From: Chiloscyllium plagiosum
Lineage: Eukaryota
DNA: 64,000 nucleotides
Assembly: GCF_004010195.1 (NCBI RefSeq)
Contig: NC_057753.1
Coordinates: forward strand, 5,791,488-5,855,487
Direction: 5' to 3'
Shown: piece by piece, positions 1-12,600 of the stretch
Position numbering within the stretch: the stretch's first letter is position 1
Layout of the letters: every line of letters starts with the position of its first letter
The notes under the pieces: generated by a model
What the model was told of the DNA's origin: nothing
What the model saw: only the letters and a program-made list of their open reading frames with translations
Database searches by the model: none
Position numbers and translations under genes: made by a program

Positions 1-1150
1 AAGAGTCATACCAAGCGAGATGGTGGAGAAGAGCATCTCGATCCGTTCAAAAGGAAATGGGGAGGAGAGAAGCTCAGAATTCTCCTTCTAGGGTGCTAAG
101 AAGATTAACAAGCCTAGAGACCTGTGGATGGCATCAGAGCGAGGACATGCCTTTCAAATTTGATCTTTTTTTGAGGGTATGTCCAGGTGTGTACACGAAG
201 GTAGTGGAATTGATGTGCTTTATATGGATTACATCAAAGCTTTTGACAATGTCCCACATCGTTAACTTATCAAGAAGGCCAATGCACATGGGATACAAGT
301 CAATTTGATCAAGTGGTTCAAAATTGGCTCATATGCAGGAGATTAGTCGAGAAGGTTGGGTCACACGATTTCCAAAGAGTGCTAGCTGATTGGATTCAAA
401 CTTTCCTCGATTGTAGGACTCAGAGCGTGATGGTTGAGGATTGTTTCTTGGACTGGAGGCCTGTGACTATTGTTGTGTCAAAGGGGTAGGTGCTGAGATC
501 TTTGAATTCGTTATTTACATAAATGATCTGGATGTGAATGTACAAGACATGGTCAGTAAGTTTACAGATGATACAAAATGAGGATGCATTGTTGATAATG
601 AGGAAGGCTATTAAAAATTAGAGGACCTTGGTCAGATGGGGAAGTGGGCTGAGGATTGGCAAACGGAATTCAGAACAGAGAAATGTGATGTGCTGCACTT
701 TGGAAAGTCAGACCAAGTTAGAACTAGTACAGAAAATGGTAAGTTCCTGAGGAGTAAGAGAAAGTGAGGGCTGAAGGTGCAGGAGGTCAGAGTCAAAAGG
801 CGTGGTGCTTGAATAGCACAGCTAGTCAGGCAGCATCTGAGGAGCAGGAGAGTCAACGTTTTGAGAATAAGCATTCCTGATGAAGAGCTGATGTTCGAAA
901 CGTCGACTGTCCTGCTCCTCGGATGCTGCCTGACCGGCTGTGCTTTTCCAGCGCCATAGTTCCTGAGGAGTGTTGTCGAACTGAGGAGAACATGTACATT
1001 GTTCGGAGAAAACGGCTTCACGGGAAACAAAGCGGTGAAAAGGGATTGAGCGTGCTGGCCTTCATCGTTCAAGGCGTTGAGTAAAGGAAATGGAACATTG
1101 TGTTACAGTTGTCTCAGTTATTTGTGAGGTGGTACTTAGAGTATGTTATC
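1..1150 (+). mobile_element. Old degraded CR1-type LINE fragments (RT region) in the unit 1 intron
   Basis: CR1 ORF2-like DNA (ggattcaaa..., tttacagatgatacaaaa, gatgtgctgcactttgga); paralogous to ~16450-17700. Confidence 0.75.
756..957 (+). mobile_element. Penelope-derived palindromic short element with minimal hammerhead core (877-904)
   Basis: 14-bp TSD agttcctgaggagt (742-755 / 958-971); inverted arms; CTGATGA-a-GAGC-tgat-GTTC-GAAA-CGTC. Confidence 0.75.
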
Positions 1151-1457
1151 CATGTTATACAAAAGACATTGTTAGACCTAAATATGTTACAAGAATGTAC
1201 ACTCTTAATTCAGAGAAAATGAAATCATCAAATTGAATGAATTATAGATGCGTTAAGACATTGAAAGCATTTTAAAAAACATTCCAAACACAAACACATC
1301 AGCCACATGAAGTAAATCTACTCACGAAGTGGGATAATACATCACATGAAACAGGGCAAAGGGTAAAGACTCTTTGTAGATGGATGACTGTTAAAGTGGG
1401 AGAGTAGATACAGCTAACCAATGATTCCCGCAGCGAGTAACTAACTACAATAATTAC

Positions 1458-1527
1458 CTGGAAGGCCAATAGCTGCAAGGACGGGGTAGTAAATGGTGAA
1501 GACCAGCCCACTTGGCATTCCATGCAT
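1458..1527 (-). CDS. GPR139-like: GPR139-like GPCR unit 1, coding exon 1; exon 2 lies beyond the left edge of the window
   Basis: Identical 70-nt exon to 18009-18078, with ATG and G|GTAATT donor. Confidence 0.85.
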
Positions 1528-1578
1528 TTCTAAGCGAAGGTCTGACCATATCCAACACAATATTGAAAACCTGGTAAA

Positions 1579-1640
1579 TTTATACAAGGTTTCAGGCTCC
1601 AGGGAGCTAATTAAACTGTTTTGTTTCTACAGAAGCCAAT
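1579..1640 (-). promoter_or_regulatory. Putative proximal promoter of unit 1: TATAAA (1584-1579), O/E-like CTCCAGGGA (1597-1605), homeodomain TAATTA (1608-1613), CCAAT (1636-1640)
   Basis: Motifs read directly; spacing to the ATG is conserved in paralogs. Function is inferred. Confidence 0.55.
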
Positions 1641-2699
1641 TTACTGTAAGGAAAGAGGTGGCTCAGCTTAGATATAATATAATTTTATCTTTTTTTATAG
1701 AATCCGAGAAGTTACTTAAAAAATGTACGGCATAATCCAGCTTGTACTTCTTCTCTTTGGAAAAAGAAACTAGCTGCTTCGATACAAGTCCCAGACCAAA
1801 TCAATCAGATTAAAGATTGACTTCTTGAAAAATGCAAGCAAGTTCAAGTAGACTGCTCTCAGAGAGTGTTTCTCACTTTTTGTGAGAATAATTTAGGCAC
1901 TTAGAGAAGCACTGAGGGTGACAAGGGCGCAGAATGCATTCTGGCTGGGGATTTCAGTGTTTGACATAAAGAGTGGCTCAGCAGCAGCATTGGGTTGGGT
2001 CCGAATGTCTATGAAACCAAGACTAGTTTGTGGCTGGTGGGGAGTGAACCAATCACAGTGAAATACATATTCGACCTCATCCTTGCCAGCTGCATTTTTC
2101 ATGACAGCATCAATAAGAGTGACCACCTCCGAATCCTTGAGAAGGCAAGGTAGTGCCTTCACATTGAGAATGCTTTCCATGGTGTTGTGCAATACCTTCA
2201 CCGGACGAAATGGGACAAGATTTGAACAGATTCAGCAACTCAATTCTGGGCACCAGGAGTCGCTGCGAGCATTAATACTTCAGAATGGCACTCCAGCACA
2301 ATCATCATCACACGTCATGTACCCCAATCAATCATCGCAATTAAGTCCAAATCAATGGAGAGGGCAGGAGGGCATTCCAGGAACAGCGCCAAAAATATAT
2401 GACAATGAGGTGTCTCCTTGGTTAAACTACCAAATAGGACATGTTGGTCAACATGGACCAGTTTGGGACAAAGGGCCTTTTCCTGTGCTGTGACTCTATA
2501 AGTACATGATCAGTTGTACATGAAAGCAGCATTAGCAGCAAGTGATAGTCAGAGCGAAACAAGCCGACACCCAATAATCTAAACTCTGCCATTTCATTCA
2601 CCTCTGGAGGAATGGAGGCAGTGTTGTGTCCTTACTTATAAGTAGCATCAACGTGGGATGACAAGGACGGATTGTTGGTGATCACCACTTCTCAGAACT

Positions 2700-3780
2700 C
2701 GACCGTGTCCACCCCAGCACTATTGATGTATATAGCGCCTTTCCCCCCAAAGGCTTTCATCTTGCAGACATTGAGGGACCAATTGGTATTTTTACACCAA
2801 ATAAGTACTCTGTATCTTACCTGTATTCTTTCTCGTCTTTGCTGAGTTTTTTCTTATAATGGTGCTATCATCAGCTATCATGTAGATGGGGCTTGAAGAG
2901 AATGTGCTCGCACAGTCATTAGTATAGAGGCAGCGTAGCAAATGGATGAGCTCGCAGCCTTGTAGAGCAGTGATGTTGAAGATTATTGTTCAGGATGTGT
3001 AGGTGCCCATTCCCACGGATTGCTGTCTGTGGTCAGGAAGTCAAGGGTCCAGTTTTAGAGGGCGGAATAGAGGTCTCAAAGTCTGGAGATTAGTTTCGTT
3101 GGAATTATGCCATTGACGGTGGACATTTAAGTCAATAGGTGGGAGCCTGAGTTAGTTACCCTTTCAGCAGTCACTGGGAATACTGAAGAAGGTTTCTGTG
3201 GCACTGGGATGATGGCGATGTTCTTGAAGCAGGTGGAGGCTTCAATTCCTAATAAGGAGAGTTTAGTAATGTCAGCAAATATGCCCTTCAGCTGGTATGC
3301 ACAGGATCTGAATGCATGGCCAGAGACTCCACCGGAGCCCATCGCTTTAGTTGGGTTCACTCTCAAAAAAAGCCTCTCTGTGTCTGCTGCGGGAATTGGT
3401 GGAAGAGGCATGTCGAAGTCTGTGGGGGGAGGGAACATCATTTGAATGACCTACTGAGCATAAAATGCGTTTGGCGCATGAGGCAGGGATGTGTTTTTGT
3501 CTGATATTCTGTTCCATTCTGCTCTGTAGCTCATTTCGTCACACACGCCTCCCCACAGATGGTAGGAGTCCATGCAGTTAGTTTGGGTCACTAATGTAGT
3601 CCGGTATTGCCACTTGGCATTTCTAATGGCCTGACAGAGGGCATATCTGGATTTCCTATGAAAGGTCAGGATCATCACATTTGAACACCTCACAACCAGA
3701 CTTCAGGAGGGGAGGGATCTCCCAGTTCATCCATTGTGTCCACTTGAGCAACATACAGGTTAACGTCTTTGGCACTCAAC
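2700..3780 (-). mobile_element. Rex1/Babar-like LINE RT fragment
   Basis: Peptides RKSRYALCQAIRNAK and RSCAYQLKGIFADI..LSL...TCFKNIAIIPVPQK are typical of Rex1-clade RT; disrupted. Confidence 0.75.
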
Positions 3781-3789
3781 CTTTTCCAC

Positions 3790-5990
3790 ACTTGTTAATG
3801 CCAAAGAATGATGTTCAGGAAAGACAAACTACGTCGAGACATTTAATGAGTTTAAGGGAGTGGGTAACGGTCTGGCAGATGTAATTACAAAGTCGGTAAA
3901 GGGGAGAGTGCCCGCTTTGGAAACAAAAATAGTACGTCAGAATATTATTTAAATAGTGAAAGGTTGCAGCATGCTGTTGTTCAGGGTGACTTGGGACTGG
4001 TTGTACATGAATTGCTAAACGTTGATTTGCGGGTGCAACAAGTAATTGGGAAGGCAAACGGGATATTGTCTTTCATTGATAGAGGGATTGAATTTAAGAG
4101 CAGGGAGGCTCCGCTGCAATTGCACAAGGTGATGGTGTGGCCACACCTGGTATTTTGTGCGCATTTCTTGGGTTCCATACTTGAGGAAAAATATAATGAC
4201 TTTGGAGGCGGTGCAGAGGAGGTTCTCCAGGTTTATTTCAGAGTTACCCTTTGAGGAGAGCATTTTGTATCAGTATTTACTGTGGAAAAGGACATGGAAC
4301 ATATAGAATCTCAGGCAATATGTGGTTACATCTTGAAAAATGTCCATATTTCAGAGGAGGAACTGCTGGATATCTTGAAACGCATGAAAGTGGATACATC
4401 ACCACGACCTGATCATGTGTAACCCTAGAACTCTGTGGGAAGCTCGAGAACTGATTGCTGGGCCTGTTACTGAGATATTTGTATCATTAATAGTTCTCAG
4501 CTGAGGCACTGGAAGACTGGAGGTTGGTTAATTTGGTGCCACTGTTTAAGAAAGGTGGTAAGGACAAGCCAGGGAACCATAGACCAGCGAGCCTGACGTC
4601 AGTGGAGGGCAAGCTGTTGGTGGGAATCCTGAGGGACAAGATGTACATGTATTTGGAAAGGCAAGGACTAATTAGAATAGTCAAGATGCTTTTGTGCGTG
4701 GGAAATCATGTCTCACAAACCTGATTGAGTTTTTTGAAGGATCTTGATCAGATGAGCCAATGGGCTGAGAAGTGGCAGATGGAGTTTTATTTAGATAAAT
4801 TTGAGGTGCTGCATTTTGGGAAAGCAAATCTTAGCAGGACTTATATGGTAAGGTCCTAGGGAGTGTTGTTGAATAAACAGACCTTGGAGTGCAGGTTCAT
4901 AGCGCCTTGAAAGTGAAGTCGCAGGTAGATAGGATAGTGAAGAAGGCGATTGGTATGCTTTCCTTTATCGGTCAGAGGATTGAATACAAAGTTGGGATGT
5001 CATGTTGCGGCTGTCTAGGACATTGGTGAGGCCACTTAAGGAATATTGCTTGCATTCTGTTCTCCCTCCTATCGGAACGATGTTGTGAAACTTGAAAAGG
5101 TTCAGTACATATTTACAAGTATGTTGCCAGGGTTGCAGAATTTGAGGTATAGTGAGAAGTTGAATACGCTGGGACTGTTTCCCTTGGAGTGTCGGAGGCT
5201 GAGGGGTAACATTGTAGAGGTTTACAAAATCATGAGGGGCATGGATTGGATAAATTGAACTGGAGGGCAGAGGTTTAGGGTGAGAGGGAATAAGTATAAA
5301 AGAAACCCAAAGACCAATCTTTTCACACAGAGGGTGGTACGTGTATGGAATGAGCTGCCAGAGGAAGTGGTGGAGGCTGGTACAATTGCAACATTTAAAA
5401 GGCATTTTGTGAGGCAGAAAGAGTTTGGGGGATATGGGCCAGGTGCTGACAAGTGGGACCAGATTGGTTTGGGATATCCGTCAGCATGGACGAGTTGGAT
5501 CGAAGGGTCTATTTCCGTGTTGTATATCTCTACGACTCTATTACTCTATTCCTTTGTGAAAGGTTCAGCCGCCTGGGACTGTACTCGCTAAAATTTGGAA
5601 GACTGAGAGGGGACATTAGAGATAAATATAAATGATGAAATGGATAGATAAGATAAAGGCCGACAAACTGTTTCCCTGCTGGGTGAGACTAGGACTAGGG
5701 AACATGGACTCAAGATTAGGAGAGTAGATTTAAGGCAGAAATGAGGAAGAACAGCGTCTCCCAGAACGTAGTGAATCTGTGGAATTTTGTGCCCAAGGAA
5801 GTCGTAGAGGCAGCTTCATTAAATATATTCAAGGCAGAGTTGGATGGGATTTTCATGGTAGGGGAATTAAAGGTTATGGGGCTAATGCAGGCAGCAGGAG
5901 CTGAGATGATGTGTAGATCAGCCATGATCTTAATGAATAGCAGAGGAGGCTCAATGGGCCAAATGGCTTACTGCTGTTGTGATTACTATG
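3790..5990 (+). mobile_element. Nested CR1 LINEs: younger internally deleted CR1 (~4261-5549) inside an older CR1 3' fragment
   Basis: Peptides NLVPLFKKGGKDKPGNHRPASLTSV and FTQRVVRVWNELPEEVV; 3' tail ctctacgactcta; imperfect TSD cctttgagga/cctttgtgaa. Confidence 0.85.
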
Positions 5991-6513
5991 ATACTATCAA
6001 AGTCTGTAAATGTTTTGCATATTCAGTTACGTTGGTTTCTGAATTCTTGAATATGGAGAATCTACCAATTCCAAACAGTTCTATAGAAACTGATCCATCG
6101 CCTCAGATCAGCACTCTACCACTTGCTATACTGGGTGCTTATAAGGCAGAAGGAGGAACACAGCATTGTATTCTGATTTTCAGAAGTACCGAGGAGATAT
6201 GGCGTGGTGGGATCCTTGACTGTGTACCGTGGTTGTTCCGATGATTCTGTAAATACAGTGAATGTGGCTGTCCTCATGATCAAAATCAACTCACCATTTA
6301 GTTCACTGAAGAACTCCCGATGGTTTTAAAATCTTATCATTTGCAAACTGAACTCATTGGAAAAAATACTTGCATTCATGTGTTTAGCAAGGCAGTGTCT
6401 CAGGGTAACATTGCCGTTGGTACAATAAAGTCCAATGTGTCTGCTCTTGACTTGAACAAATGATGAGCTGCAACGTTTATCATGATACAGAACTTGAGAG
6501 AAATGTAAAACAA

Positions 6514-7378
6514 CGTTATCATCCCACATGGTGCTAACACTGAGCAGATCAGATCCCAGAGTGAAATCTTACTTTTGTCGGCAAGGGATATCCCGGTTCG
6601 ATCACGGTTTCCATTTGAGGAACATGTGGATTAACTTAAATGGCACGCAGTCTTTTTCACACTTGATAAGTACATCTGTAACTGGAGTGGCATGGTTATT
6701 TGCGTCAGCCAATGTGTTCTTGAATATGTGCCAGTCTCCCAATTCCATGATAACAAGTTTTATTTTTGAAATTTTACTGTGTCAGAGTTTCAGTACAATT
6801 ATTCCCAAAATTAAACAACCTTGTTGACAATTAATAAGCAACAAATAGCAAAGATTATTCATTTCCCCATAAATATCATTTGCAACCCTTCAACCCGAAT
6901 GAAGTATCACTGCTATTTCGCTTTGAGATGTCTTTCTGAAACAATTAGCCAAACCTTTACCAGATGCTGTTCTTCCTTTATCTTCGAAGAAAGCAGGCCA
7001 GATCACAAACTCCTCACATTCCAATGTCTGGCATTTGAGAACGAGTCTGACTTTCCAGTTCTGATAATCTGAATTTAAATTCAGTTCCAGCAGCTTATAA
7101 ATTGCCTTCACAGACCAGAGACTCACAGCAAAGAAAGAAAACCTGCCCTGTTCCTAATATGAAACATTTCTTCTGAATCGAACCTGTTCTTCCCTTGTGG
7201 CTGTGTCTCATTGTAAGGTTGCAGACGTTCACATTTATGAACGGATCATCAAGTATTCGCTTCTGTACCTTCCTCGTGACTTGACCTAAATTACACAGTC
7301 CCCTGAAATCGACGTCTTCAGCGAAATGGTCCAAAAGAATTTCCCGCCTCCTGTTATGTTATGTAGAGCATCATAACA
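6514..7378. mobile_element. Candidate solo LTR
   Basis: Ends (c)GTTATCAT...ATCATAACA form short inverted termini like TGTTATGA...TCATAACA; AATAAA on the minus strand near 6760; no clear TSD. Confidence 0.35.
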
Positions 7379-8553
7379 CATTGTTCTATTGCGATCAGAC
7401 CCGAAAGGCACAAATCACTGGCCACTTTTCTCCACAGTCTGCATGGTTGTTGGAAGATTTCTGTTCTCAGGCAGTCATGAATTGGCTGACTATTACTCGA
7501 CAATGTCGACTGATGCCAACGTTTATAACATAGGATGCAGTTTGAACGTCGAATATGTTTAGGAAAAAATGGGAAACCCTATGTGTGTGTGCGCATGTTG
7601 TGTCCGTGTGTGTGTATATCCATATATTATATATAATCCCTAACTGCAATGCGATCACACAGTAACTCGAGAAATATAGACTCAATCATTGAAAATATTT
7701 TATACGGACTTAGAACTCTGTACGTAGTGCTTCCAATTCAAATCTGTAAATTTCTGATTGGCTGTTTAAATGTTACACAGAGGAACACGAAATAATATCA
7801 GCTAAATCATAATCAATATTGTCTATTGCCCATGAGTAAGAGAATGTTTTGTGATGAATTACACTCAGATGTCGATAGTGGCCACAAATATTCTGATGAT
7901 TATATCTAACTTGGCCTTACAATCATCTGAATGTTCTTCACTTAAATTCTGACATGTTGGGATGGGAGTCAATTCGGAGTTGCCACAAGTGAAAGCCAGC
8001 TGCCGTGATTCGCAAAATCTGCAGCATTGACCTCGCAACAATAGAATGTAGAATGGCAAATGGAATTTCCTGAACTCATTAATGTCTGTCGAGACGTCCT
8101 GCTTCCCGCTGCAATGGTTCATATGAGTTCATATGGGAAAATAAATGTGGCGAGTTCTGACGTAGAATCAAAAGGCAGTTGAAGACGATGTAGGACTTCT
8201 TTCAAGCCGAAAGAGCAGCAAGGATTCTTAATCGAAAAGGGAAGTGAGTGCAGAGCTTTTCAGTAACTCCCACACCCGATGAATAAATACACATTTAAAC
8301 GTACAAACTAATCAATATTTATATATACATATATATACATAATTCCATCCATCAATTAATCCATCATTTGATTTTTTCAGACTGATCAACGTCCGATTAC
8401 AAATCCTGAAATGTGGGGTGGGGCGGGGATACAATGTCCTCTGTTCATTCTTTGGGTGAAGATTTAAACCGAGTGCACTTGTAATATATACGCCATGGTC
8501 AGTAGGTGAACATGCTGGACAATAATGTACAGCTCGCGAGGATTTGACTATCT

Positions 8554-9464
8554 TCAGATTTTGAACGATTGATTCAATAGTCTCAGCGGATATTTCAGCC
8601 CATTCCTTAACTCGACTCTGATTTTCCTTTGGGTCCCAGCATAAATGAATGGATTGATACAGGAAGTCAAGAAGACAAGCATGAATCCGGTTTCTTCAAG
8701 AAGGAATGATTCTTCACTTAAATCGGATCCTGAGAAGTAAGCAACCTTCGCAACTCGGACATAGATAATCGTTATTACAAATAACAAATAGAACAGGATA
8801 AAAGTGCCGGAGATGGTGAAAAGTAAAACAATTGATTTTCTTCGCTTTTCCATTTCGGGATCACTATGATTCATCCTGTTGTTGTGGCCCCGCAGTCTCC
8901 TGCGGGCTCTGTTAGCCAATACAATGTGTCTGACGGTCAGAATATTCAGCAGTAAAATCAGAATAAAGGGGAGACAAGGGTTTACAATGGGCCGCATCCA
9001 GTCATAAACAGTCCAAGCTGGTGAAGTGTAAAATATTAATCTTACACTGCAAAACCAAGGTATGCTGTTAACTATGTACATGGGTTCGTATACAAAATAT
9101 GCAAAGGCATTTTTTAAACAGGTCAGTGCAGATACAATTCTGATCACACGCACTGCCACCTTCTCTGTGCAATATTTTGTTTTTAGATTCTGGCAACAAA
9201 TAGCCACAAATCTATCAAAGGTGAAAGCCACTGTGAACCAGGCAGAGCTATCAATAGCTGCATAATTAAAGGCCAAGCGAAGGCTGCATACTGGGGTGAT
9301 AAACAGGAAGCTGTATGGGAAGTATATCCCAGCAATCCGGTTTAATATTACAGCAGTGAATATGAGCATAAGATCCGTTATTGCCATGGACACCAGGTAG
9401 TACGTAATACATGGAGAGAGACCGCATCTCCTTTGGCACAGGATGACAATCACTGCCAGATTAG
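8554..9464 (-). CDS. GPR139-like: GPR139/GPR142-like class A GPCR, unit 2, coding exon 2 (TM1 C-terminal half to stop); spliced product 326 aa, apparently intact
   Basis: Open frame with hydrophobic TM segments and motifs PANLAVIVIL, MAITDL, TFDRFVAIC, NPCLPF and SCINPFIY. Acceptor ...ctattccAG at 9466-9465 is phase 1 and matches exon 1 at 18078-18009 (70+911=981 nt). Confidence 0.93.
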
Positions 9465-9619
9465 CTGGAATAGACACAGCAAGACAGACAGTCAGTCTGA
9501 CATACAGAATGTATGTGTGTGACACTGTGTGAATCTAAAAGTTACATTTTGTCTCCAAATGGAATCATACATTTTAATGATGCTGTCTATTTTTGTGATG
9601 TGATCTTGATTTTTACAGC

Positions 9620-12600
9620 AGTGAAATTAATGGAAGTCTGTAGTGAGTAGAGTAGTGAAAGTGAGTAGAGTGTGTTCTTTCTTCATTATATGGTTTTTGA
9701 GATATATCTCTTGATTAAACTTAAAACATAAGCCGTACTTATTAATCTAACCTGGGACAGTGTTTTATTGAGAAATAAGTCAGTGTTATTTTCTGGGTCT
9801 GGAGATTGTGAAGGAGAGAAAATGACCTTTAGTAGAGTAATATGCGCTGCTTGACAGATTTGGGAGTTTAAACAGAGTTCAAGGGTTACTGTGGATTACA
9901 TCTGCCATAAATGTTGTTGGTTATGAATCTTATCTGATCGAATGGATCGGTTGGAGAGACACTTAGAAGCGATGAGGAATTTGCAACAGCAACAGTATGT
10001 GTTGGATGGCAGTTACAGGAAGGGAGGAAAGTCACAGCTACAGTCACATAGATGGGTTAACTCCAGGAAAGGTAAGAGAGATAGGCAGCTTGTGAAGGAG
10101 TCTCCTGTGCTATACGCATTTAAACCAGGTATTCTATTTTGGAAAATGTAGGGAATGATGGATTCTCAGTGGAACATAGCACGAACAGTCAAGTGTCTAG
10201 TATTGAGACAGGCTCTACTGCAACGAGGGGTACGTCCGGTTCCAAGAGATCAATTGTGTTAGGGGATTCTCTAGTCCGAGGTATACACAGACGTTTCTGT
10301 GGCCAGCAGCGAGAAAGCAGAATGGTGTGCTGTTTCCCTGGTGCCAGGATCAAGGATGTCTCAGAGAGGGCGCAGAATGTTCTCACGGGAGAGAGAGGTC
10401 ATTGTCCACATTGGAACCAACAATATAGGAAGGGAAAAGGTTGAGATTCTGAAGGGTTATTGCACATAGTTTGGCAGGAATTTAATAAGGAGGTTCTCAA
10501 GAGTAGTAATATCTGGATTACTCCCGGTGCTACGAGCAAGTGAGGGCGGAAATAAGAGGAAGCGCAGATGGATGCATGGCTGAGGAGCTGGTGTATGGGA
10601 GAAGGCTTCCCGTTTTTGGGTCATTGGAATCTCTTTTAGGGTTGAAGTGACCTGTACAAGAAGGACGGATTGCACCTAAATTGGCAGGGGACCTTATCCT
10701 GGCAGGGAGATTTACAAGAACTGCTCAGGAGGATTTAAACTAGTAAGGAGGAGGGAGGGTGGGACCCGGGTGGGACCCAGGGAGTTAGTGAGGAAACTGA
10801 TCAATCTGGGACTGGTACAGTTGAGAACAGAAGAGTGTCAAGCAGTCAGAGCAAGCAGGGACAAGGTCGGAGGAATAAATTAAACTGCATTTATTTCAAT
10901 GCAAGGGGCCTAACAGGGAAGGCACATGAACTCAGGGCGTGGTTAGGAACATGGGATTGGGATATCACAGCAATTACAGAAACATGGCTCAGGGATGGGC
11001 AGGACTGGCAGCTTAATGTTCCATGAAAGAAATGTTACAGGAAGGACAGAAAGGGAGGCGAGAGTGACGAGCAAGTCGCGTTTTTGATAAAGGACAGCAT
11101 TACGGCTGTGATGAAAAGGATACATCAGATCTAAAAGTTGAAGTTCTAAATTCGAGAAAGGCAAATTTTGACGGCATTAGGCAAGAACTTTCAAAAGCTG
11201 ATTGGGGACAGATGTTCATAGGTAAAGGGATAGCTGGAAAATGCAAAACCTTCAGGAATAAGTTAACGAGAATCCAGAGAAAGTATATTGCTATTCGGGT
11301 TAAAGGAAAGGCTGGTTGTATGGGGAATACTGGATGACGAAAGAAATGGAGTGTTTGGTTAAGAAAAAGAAGGAAGCATATAAGGCTTGCACAGGATAGA
11401 TTGAGTAAACCTTAGAAGACTATAAAGGCAGTTTAAGTATACATAAGAGGGAAATCAGAAGGGCAAAAAGGGGACATGAGATAGCTTTGGAAAATAGAAT
11501 TAAGGAGCACCCAAAGGGTTTTTACAAATGCATTAAGGACAAAAGGGTAACTAGGGAGTGAGTAAGGCACCTCAAAGATCAGCAAGGCGGCCTTTGTGTG
11601 GAGCCGCAGAAAATGGGGGACATACTAAACGAATATTTACTGTGGAAAAGGATATGGAAGATATAGAATGTAGGGAAATAGATGGTGACACATTGCAAAT
11701 GTCCATATTACAGAGGAGGAAGTGCTCGATGTCCTGAATCCCATGAAGGTGGATAAATCCCCAGGACCTGATCAGGTGTACCCTAGAATTCTGTGGGAAG
11801 CGAGAGAAGAGATTGCTGGGCCACTTGCCAAGGTATTTGTACCATCGATTGTCACAGGTGAGATGTCGGAAGACTGGAGGTTGGCTAATGTGGTGCCACT
11901 GTTTAAGAAGGGTGGTAAGGACAAGCCAGACAACTATAGACCAGTGAGCCTGACGTCAGTGGTGGGCAAGTTGTTGAAGGAAATCCTAACGGGCAGGATG
12001 TACGTACATTTGGAAAGGCAAGGACTGATTGGAGATAGTCATCATGGATTTGGACGTGTGAAATCATGTCTCACAAACCTGACTGAGTTTTTTTGAAGAA
12101 GTAACAAAGAGGATCGATGAGGGCAGAGAGGTAGATATGATCTACATGGACTTCAGTAAGGCGTTCGACAATGTTCCCCATGGGAGACTGGTTAGCAAGG
12201 TTAGATCTCACAGAATAGAGAGATAACTAGCCATTGGACACAGAACTGGCTCAAATGTAGAAGACAGAAGTTGATGGTGGAGGGTTGTCTTTTCAGACTG
12301 GAGGCCTGTGTCCAGTGGAGTGCCACACGGATTGGTGCTGGGTCCACTACCTTTTGTCATTTACATATATGATTTGGATGCGAGCATGAGAGATGCGATT
12401 AGTAAGTTTGCAGATGACTCCAAAATTGGAGGTGTAGTGGACAGCGAAGAGGGTTACCTCAGATTTCAACAGGATCTTGACCAGATGGTCCAAAGGGCTG
12501 AGTAGTGGCAGATGGTGTTTAATTCAGATGAATGCGAGGTTCTGCAATTTGGGAAAATAAATCTTAGCAGCACTTATACACTTAATGCTAAGGTCTGAGG

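Larger units (their letters stand above)
1071..4921 (+). repeat. Segmental duplication copy A (paralog of 17622-21638)
   Basis: Colinear near-identical sequence at offset 16551, rising to ~16717 after a ~167-bp indel near 3160. Confidence 0.95.

Noticed and set aside
1893..2493. ORFs conserved between the duplicated segments (also 18444-19044)
   Set aside because: Conservation reflects recent duplication of degraded LINE-like sequence, not coding constraint.
9465..9525. N-terminal 20 aa (MSHTYILY...) of the 323-aa ORF as the true start
   Set aside because: Starts at a non-ATG codon and lies in intron upstream of a good AG acceptor. The true N-terminus comes from exon 1 at 18078-18009.
10139..10444. 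Host GDSL/SGNH esterase gene
   Set aside because: It is the esterase domain of CR1 ORF1, colinear with the downstream endonuclease and RT.
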